A DNA stretch of 64,000 nt. Origin: Adineta vaga. Lineage: Eukaryota; Animalia; Rotifera. The stretch lies in assembly GCA_021613535.1 (NCBI GenBank), contig CP075497.1, positions 5,704,001 to 5,768,000 of the forward strand, in the 5' to 3' direction. The notes beneath the pieces were generated by a model. It had not been told where the DNA came from, ran no database searches, and saw only the letters and a program-made list of their open reading frames with translations. Positions 55,720 through 64,000 of the stretch are shown one piece after another. Every line of letters starts with the position of its first letter. Within the stretch, counting starts at the first letter, position 1. A program made the position numbers and the translations under genes.

Positions 55720-57379
55720 ATGTCGTTCGATAATAGCTGTCAAGATCCTATTTTACCGTCGAACAAAAATGCTCTGGTAAAATCGATTTTTTTCTGAATG
55801 TTTTTCTCATAAAAAATTCGAATTTTTTCTAGCATGGAGGTCTCACGGTATTTACAGCCGCTATATTTATTACTGGTGAAATGGCTGGAACTGGTCTTTT
55901 AGCATTACCTAAAGCTATGGATCAAGCAGGATGGTACGGATTGATATCAACGTTTGTTTTATGTGCTCTATCTGGTTATTGTGGAATAAAATTAGGTGAA
56001 TGTTGGACAATGTTACGACAAATAAATCCTGTTTATTGTGATGAAGGTAGTCGATCACCATTTCAAGTTATTGCTACTGAAGGTGCCGGTCGCATTGGAA
56101 AGTAGGTGTTGTTCTCGTTTTCTTCAATAAATATTTAAATAGTAAATTATAGATATGTTTTAATATTTGTCATCTATTTTCAATTATTGGGAGCAGGTGT
56201 GGTGTTCTTACTTCTAGCGGCACAGAACCTTAAAAGTTTATTTGATGCTATTGGTGCTCATCTACCTGTATGTGTTTGGATCATTATTGTGGCAGCTGCT
56301 CTTCTTGGACCTTGTTGGCTTGGTACACCAAAAGATAGTTGGTAAGATTTTTCATAGAACTATCTATTGTGTGATTAGATATACATCGTTGAGTCTTCAC
56401 TAATAGAGAATTATTTACCAATATGATTCGATTTTAATTCTATAAATATTCAAATTTTCTTTGATATAGGCCAATAGCAATAGGTGCTATGGTTTGCACA
56501 GCAATTGCTTGTATAGTTATCGCCATCAGTGCACTTATTCATTATGGTAAAAAAGAAAAAAGTGAACCAAGTCCAATTACATTCAAGAGCTTTTCATTTT
56601 CAATGGGAACAATGTTTTTTGCTTGGGGTGGTTCAGCCATGTTTCCAACTATTCAAGTTGATATGCGTGAACCACATCGTTTTCATCTAGCTGTGATCAT
56701 ATCCTATTCAATTCTTTTAGTTTTTTATTTACCTGTATCAATTATCGGATATGTTGTTTATGGTGCAGATGTCAAAGATAATATTTTAACGAGTTTACCT
56801 GAAAATTTTCTTCGTTATTCAGTAGAAATATTAATTACTGGTCATTTAGCAATGGCATTTACAATAGTATTAAATCCAATCTTTCAAGGTTTTGAAGAAC
56901 TTACACGTGTACCAAAACATTTCTGTTGGCAACGTGCTGTTTTACGTAGTGGTATCGTTCTATTTTTAGCATTTATGGCAGAAACCATACCACATTTCGG
57001 TGCAATACTTTCCTTTATTGGCAGTTCAACTGTCTCAATTCTTGGTTTTATTTTGCCGGTGATTTGTTATGTTATGATTAAAGTGCAATCAACACAATTG
57101 GTTCATGAAAGATTTTTTGATACTGTTTTAAGGTAATAGAGAACAAAAAAATTCGTCTTCTCATTATCTCAATCTTTTTGATCTTTTAGAGTATTACCCA
57201 AATGGGATATTGCTTTATTAATTCTTTCGTTACTCGTTGGACTTTTTGGAGCTTTAGCTTCATCTTATTCATCATTCTCTGATTTAGTCAATCCACATTC
57301 ATATGTAAAACCCTGCTGGCTTGATCCTTCATCAGCTGATCCAACACCAGAGAATAAGACACTTTTATGGAATAACTAA
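55720..57379 (+). CDS. Amino-acid/auxin permease (AAAP; SLC32/36/38, AVT-like) transporter
   Basis: GLTVFTAAIFITGEMAGTGLLALPKAM, FAWGGSAMFPTIQVDMREP, AETIPHFGAILSFIG. Five exons. Confidence 0.9.
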
Positions 57380-57517
57380 AGATATTTTAAATGCAATGAA
57401 TGATTTTTTTTTCTTTTCTTTTCATATATTTAAGTCTAAAACTTGTTTTTTTTCTACCACTGTGATAAAGATTTTTTTTCTATTTTAATATAATTATTTA
57501 TTTATTTTTGAAGATTT

Positions 57518-58944
57518 ATGTTTAATCGGAGTAAATTTCGTCGTTTAACTCGAAATGAATATATACCCGAGATAATCATTATTATTAGTATTATTATTAT
57601 CATTCATTTTTGTGATAAATATTATGAATATACTGGTAATCAGTATATATTAACAGATATTAACGATCATACAGATGAACATTGTCCATTGTATCCATCT
57701 ACTCTACATGGTAAAATCTTGATTTCTAGTTTTCAAACTATTTCTTACTTCGATAGGAGGGGAAAATGATATTATTATGTCAGAATCAATTGAATGGTCA
57801 GATATTCCTAGTGTACAAATAGGTATGATCATAATAGTATTCATTTTTTTCTCTATAGTTATGTTCGAATATGATTTAGGTGGAAGCTATTCACCCACTG
57901 ATTGTAAATCTCGTGAAGATCTTGCTATTATCATTCCATTTCGCAATAGAGAATATCATCTTAAATTATTATTAAAATATCTTCATCCATTACTTCAACG
58001 ACAAAAACGTTCTTACCAAGTATTTGTTGTAGAACAAGTAATAGACAATAATAGTTTGTTTTGTTTGTTTTGAAAAAAAGAAATTGAAAATATTTAGATG
58101 GGTAATGTAACTTTTAATAAGGGAATCATCATGAATGCTGCTTATCAAGAAGCTTTAAAAATGCGTTCCACATTTAATTGTTTCATTTTTCATGATGTTG
58201 ATCTTTTACCTGAAAATGATTATAATATTTATGAATGCGATCCGAAAACACCAAGACATCTATCACCTGCTGTTGATGAATTACGTTATGTGTAAGTGAG
58301 AAGGTTAATAGTCATTTAAAAGTTCGTTTTTATTTGTTTTCTTCAGATTAATGTATAATCATTTGGTTGGTGGAGTTTTAGCATTGAGTAAAGAACAATT
58401 TCTTAAAGTAAATGGTTGGTCAAATTTGTATTGGGGTTGGGGAGTAAGTAAAATTTAATATTTCATATAAATTCTCTTTCTTCTTTATTTATAGGCAGAA
58501 GATGATGGTAAATATAGAGAGGAAAATGAAAGTTTAGTATTGAATTCATGTTGTTTATTTTAGATATGGCAGAAAGGTAGTATGAAAGGGAAAAATCACG
58601 GATAAATTGTGAATTATTTTAGAATACGTAATTCAAGTTATTATCTAAGTCGACCACCGAATCATATTGGTCGTTATAAAATGATTCGTCATGAAAAACG
58701 TGAACGTGCTGTTAATCGGTAAATATTTTTGAATTATTTGAAATCTATTCTCCTATCGTTTTTATTCAATCAAATTAGTTATCAATTACTGAATAATTGG
58801 CGTCGATATTTACGTGATGGTATAAAACAATTACATTTTATTAGTTATACAATAAATAATGTTCATAAAGAAAAATTATATACACATATTCTCGTGAATT
58901 TATCACGTTCATCTACTGATAAATTAGAACAATCACTTGAATAA
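57518..58944 (+). CDS. GT7 beta-1,4-glycosyltransferase, likely a beta-1,4-GalNAc transferase (bre-4-like)
   Basis: Type II TM, AIIIPFRNREYHL, FNKG, FHDVDLLP, HLVGGVLAL, NGWSNLYWGWGAEDDD, RYKMIRH. About 10 exons, including two 13-nt microexons. Confidence 0.9.
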
Positions 58945-58995
58945 AATCAGTTTTGTATATTTTGGGGATTTGTTTTTAGATTATTTCGTTTAAAC

Positions 58996-59761
58996 ATGAG
59001 TTCAATTAATTTAGATGATGATTTAATTATTTTTACTACAGGTAGAACATCTTTTCTTTTGAAAATAATTATTCGAAAAATCTTCTTTCATATAGATCCA
59101 TTAGATGATCTTGAATATCATTCATGTACAACGTCTGATTTATCGACAAGTGTATCTTCGCCTTCAATCCAATCAAACGATAAGAAAATGTCAGATATAA
59201 CAGATTTACTTGATTCAACAGATTTTCATAATAGTTCCGAACTGTTATCAACGGATGTAATGGATTATTTATGTACACATAATTTACAAAATGATCAAAA
59301 TAATTATGAGAAATCTCAATGGGAAAGTGAAGAGAAATGTTTGAAATATGGTAAAAATAAAACAAATTATTTCGTATTTCATTGTTTTTCTATGTTGATT
59401 AGGATCAAAACAATTATCACCAAATGATTATTTAACTCGTACATCATTATATAATCGTCCTGTTGCTTTTGAAAAAGATTCACGTTCATGGGCACGAAGT
59501 TTATTAGATAATTTTAAGAAATCGAATCAAAATTTTCAATCGAATTCTTTATCGACAAGTTTTCCATCGTATTTTCCAATCATTAAGAAATCTTCTTCCT
59601 TCGATCATCATGTTCAATATATTGAACATTTAAATGAATGCAACGATTATCCAGCATATTTAGAATATCTACGAGAAAATCGTTCGCAATTACTTTGTAC
59701 ATTAACTGATTCAATTGATGTAATTGATGGATTACTTGGAACAGTTGTTTCTTCATTTTGA
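58996..59761 (+). CDS. Uncharacterised Ser/Asp-rich protein
   Basis: Three exons joined by ~52-nt GT-AG introns keep an open frame to TGA at 59759-61. No recognised domain. Confidence 0.6.
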
Positions 59762-60930
59762 ATGTTGCTTTTTTTTTGTAATGATCAGATATAAGCGTAT
59801 ATTTTTGCCTTCTTTTCTTTCCTTCAACGTGTTGTTATTACCGTTGTTCTTTATTTTGATGTTGCACGAGGAAGACAGAGAGAGAGAAAAACTGTAAGGT
59901 CTTTTTTCCTTTGGTGATATGTTATTATAATGATTATGATTTCTTTTTGACTTGTACAAATTGTTAATAAAACTAAATCAGATACTTATCAATGATTGGA
60001 TACGAAAATTGATCTATTTATTCAAGTATACTATTGACTTAATAGGCAGAGAATCGATTTAAAAGCAAATGAGAATATATGAATAGTGGTTCATTCGTGA
60101 CATTTATCAGAAAAGCGAAGGATAAAGATTTACTTGTATCGATTTCTATTAGTGAGAGAAAAAAAAAGGTTTGTCATAGGCGTATTTACTAGTTAACAGT
60201 CTATACAGATGTAGTTTGATAATTTGATATGGTTATGAGAAGTATATGGCTTTGTTTTTCTTTGTGAAGGACAAGATTGTGAGTTTAGTTTATATGAGAG
60301 TATATATCAGTCAAATCTCTTCGTTGAGATTTGAGGGAACAAAAACTTTAGAAGAAATTTATATCAGTTCAGCATATTACTATAAGTGCGATCGAGAAGA
60401 TTGAAAAGAGGAAATACATGAAAAGCCATATGTTCACCTATTTTAATCAGCTACTAATACTATTTGTTTTCCATTTATCATTAAAACAAATATGTATTCT
60501 AGTTTTGACTTCCATAAGTTCCGAAATATAAGCTAAATCTACCATGTATTTACTATAACCGTATCATTTCAAAGAATATACACTTACGGATCTCGCTTCT
60601 CAAAGGCTACTTACGCTGAAAACGGTAAATTGATCATATACTTTACTTCGTAACTTTTAGCTTTCTATGTAGCCGGAGGAAAAGTTAAAGTCATGAAAAT
60701 AGATTTATCATTAATGTATTGAAAAGAAACTATGTTTTATTCAAGCGAGTGCGCAATCTCGTTTAAGATGGAAATAGATTTATAGTAACATTGATATGTT
60801 TCTTTTCTCCTTTTGAACATTATCATTGATGGTGAATTATATCTGCATGAACTTTTTTTCATGATAATCTATTAAGCGAATACGATGATATTTAGCATTT
60901 TGTTTTTTAGGAAATTCTTTATCAGTCGAA

Positions 60931-61395
60931 ATGTCTTCAAATACCTTCTTACTTCTTTTGGTAATATTACATCTCTTTTCAAGTATCTATGGTAAGAAGG
61001 TTTTTTTTCTTTTTTCGTTTATGAATTAACATGAACAGAAAATATCAGAGTCAATAAATATTCTGAGTGAATCACTAATTTGAATATTCAAGTAGAGTCG
61101 TGTAATTACTATTTAGAAAATAATTTTGTTCATTTCTTTTTCTCTTTCTTCTTTAGCTTATCGGATTAACCCTAATAATGAACCAACAGACATCTTATTC
61201 CGTTCATATGAAGGACCAGCAATTAACGAAGAAAGATTCGCTGATTCGTACGATGTAAAACATGCTGAAACGAATGATTTAGATAATTACTATATTATCC
61301 CTTGTCATATGAAATCATCGCATGTTTTGTGCAATAAATTAGATCGTTTGTCTCGTCGCGACACAGGTTTCTTACGTTTTGGACGTAAACGATAA
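60931..61395 (+). CDS. RFamide neuropeptide precursor (predicted mature DTGFLRF-NH2)
   Basis: Signal exon MSSNTFLLLLVILHLFSSIY(A), intron 60992-61156, C-terminus ...RR-DTGFLRF-G-RKR-stop (dibasic site plus amidation Gly). Confidence 0.85.
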
Positions 61396-61726
61396 ATTTC
61401 ATTCACTGATTTTTTTTCTTTCTTTCTTTTCTGACTGAAAATAAATAAATTAAATGAGGATTGCGCCTCTTGCATTATCCTACGTATATAAATAATGAAT
61501 CATCGTTGTTTTGTGCATTGAAATGAAAAAGAAAACAGAATGAAGAATCAATTTACTTTTTTCCAAGATGTCATTGATATTGAATTGTGAGAGAAAAAAG
61601 AGAGTTTTTCTTTTCTTTCATCTCTCACTTTTCTTTTGTCTGATAACAATAATGGTGTTTTTTTTCTCTTCAACTGGCTTATTCAAGTAGAAATGAACAC
61701 GCATAGGTGCGCACATCAACGAGAAC

Positions 61727-61740
61727 GTTGCCTTGGTTTC
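61727..61740. promoter_or_regulatory. X-box (RFX)-like motif upstream of LCA5-like
   Basis: GTTGCCTTGGTTTC: a perfect GTTGCC half-site ~270 nt upstream of a ciliary gene ATG. Confidence 0.4.
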
Positions 61741-62005
61741 TTTACTCCATTCTGTTCACCTTTGTGGCACTGTCGTATTGTTGATGGCAGTAATAACTCG
61801 TTTTCTTTTTCTGCCTCTCTCTTTATATATGACAGGAAATGTTTTAATATGCTATTGCTAGTGGTGTCTAACGTTTTTTCTTCTTCTTCTTAGATAGATA
61901 ATTCTTTTTTTCTCTCTCTCTTTTACTCGTCATATTGGCTACTAAGCGACGACAAAAACAATAACAAAAAGAAGAGAAGAAATAATCTTATCGTTGTGAA
62001 ACGTA

Positions 62006-63713
62006 ATGCCCGAGCGTAAAGAATCAGTTGATAGCTTCGATGATTTTTTTGGTGATGCAAAAACAAATGATAATCGAAAAAAATCTCCTGTTAAACTAAA
62101 ACAAAATGAACCAGCAGTTTCAACACTTGTTAAAACTCAACCAGTTATCAAACGTCCTCCAACACCACCAACACCAGAAGAACAAAGAACACCGTCACCA
62201 TCACCAACACCAGTGAAACGTATGTCGTCTCATTTGTAAGATTGAAGTTTTTCTTACTTCATTTTTCTCATTTTAAAGCTAAAGTAAATCATACAAAACC
62301 ATCTGTAAAAACAAACGGACATAAATCACTATCACCAGTTATGCCAAAAAGACCTGATTCAAGTAAATCAAAAGTTTATGAATCAGGTAAATACAATGTG
62401 AAACCTTTTTGGTTCATTGTTAAAGTCATTTGAATTTTCTCTTTTAGATTTTGATGATGATGATAATAATAATTATGAAGATGAAGATGATGGTGCTGTC
62501 GACAGTGCAGATGAAAAAGGAAAACATAGTTCATTACCACCACCTAAACAACGTACATTTGATGCTCCTCGTCGTGGTAGTGATTCTGAATTGAAAAAAT
62601 CATATGTAGTCACAGCTCAAAAGAAGCCAAAACCTAAAACTAACAACACTCCACGTAAAGATCAACGTTTACCATATATTCGTCCACAACAACCACGTCG
62701 AACACTTCAAATAAATCGTTCTCGTCAAGACAACGCTTCAGCATCAACAAAAAATGAAGTAGAACAACGTTTATTATCAGCACATAATAATAAATTAAAA
62801 ACGCTTGAATCTCGTCTTGCAGAATTACGTCGTCAATTAGATACTCAACGTGCTGAAAATGCGACACTACGTACAATACAAAAACGTGAAGAAAAAGCTA
62901 TTCGAAACTTTGAAGAAAAAGAATATGATATTCATCGAATAGTACAATATTACACCAAGGAAGTTGACCATATCAAACGAGTGCTATCAACGGAACGTGA
63001 AACAAAAGCTAGACTAGAAAAACAAATTGAAGCTCGAGATGAAAAACTACAAGATCAATCAAAACGTCTTAAACAATATGAAAAAGTAGTCCAGGAAAAA
63101 CATCTCGATGAACGTCATGAATTACGTGAGAAATTAAGCGAAACTGATAAACGATTACAAGAATTTCAAGAAAAATTAAATAGTCAAGTAAATTCTCTAT
63201 TTCAATCTTATCAATACATGCTTTCTTCTTTGTTTTCATTCTAGCAAAAATACATTGAAAATTTAGAGAAAAATCATCGCTATGAAGTTAATCAAGAATT
63301 AGTTAAACAACGTGATTTAAAACGTGAATTGGATGCACGTTCAAAAAAATATCATGAATTATTTCTTAAATTCGAAGAAAAAACACGACATATGGATACA
63401 ATGCATATATACGCTCAACGTGGTGGTGTACGTCCGTCAGATTCACCTACAAATTTACCGAAATCACGTTCTTTACAATCATTAAATGAACCATCACCAC
63501 GTGGAAAAGATAAGAATGCCGATCTTGATAAAAAGAAGCGTGAACTACAAGAACAAGAACGAAAAGCGAAAACTCGACAACCACCGTCATCAAATGATAG
63601 TTCACCAAAAACTGAAAAGAAAAAAGTTATTCCAAAAAAAGAACCTTTACAACCAGCCGTAGTAACAGCTAAAACTTCGTCAACTAATGAAAAATCATCG
63701 ACAACACAGAATG
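62006..63713 (+). CDS. LCA5: Lebercilin (LCA5)-like ciliary coiled-coil protein, 3' incomplete
   Basis: RLLSAHNNKLKTLESRLAELRRQL...ENATLRTIQKREEKAIRNFE matches the lebercilin domain (RILSARLLKINEL...ENK.LK.LQ.RQEKAL.KFE). The last visible exon ends at a G|GTAAGT donor. Confidence 0.85.
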
Positions 63714-64000
63714 GTAAGTTCTATTGAAATATAATTTATTCTGTCTGAAGTTAGCACCAGAATATTTGATGTATCTTGAACGTGTAAATCATGAAAATGT
63801 CACTTGTATAAAAAATTGTATTTCCTTAGTTACCCAAAACACGACAAAAACCAATTTATTTAAAGACAATATATATATATATATAAAGCTAATGAAATAG
63901 TAATAACCTAATTCATAAAATAGGAAGGAAATCGTAACTAATATGAATATTTGATTATTCTGTTTTTTTTCTATAGTTACTATTAGTTTGTTTATAAAAC

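Overview
AT-rich eukaryotic DNA with compact genes and many ~50-60 nt GT-AG introns. Gene content and architecture suggest a bdelloid rotifer (Adineta/Rotaria-like); this is inferred, not proven. About 25 protein-coding genes can be reconstructed, in order: a partial secreted protein, a multipass membrane protein, MED16, FAM162, ANKRD26-like, KIZ, an SLC16 transporter, a small TM protein, SRD5A3-like, an EF-hand protein, a metabotropic glutamate receptor, LYST, a bacterial-type GH127/146 glycosidase, a mitochondria-targeted hydrophilin-like repeat protein, two mu-class GSTs, an ISY1-like protein, FBXL12-like, a secreted R-S-E ADP-ribosyltransferase, SERP1, NDUFB4, an AAAP amino-acid transporter, a GT7 glycosyltransferase, an unknown gene, an FLRFamide precursor and LCA5-like (runs off the end). 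An intron-containing tRNA-Leu(CAG) lies antisense inside a LYST intron. The most interesting higher-order signal is several same-strand gene pairs separated by only 25-270 nt, each with an unpaired pyrimidine tract + AG just before the downstream ATG and often a poly(A) signal just before that. This is the signature of operons resolved by spliced-leader trans-splicing, and one candidate operon contains the horizontally acquired glycosidase. Five single-base frameshifts in otherwise intact genes look like assembly errors. Family assignments come from recalled motifs, not database searches.
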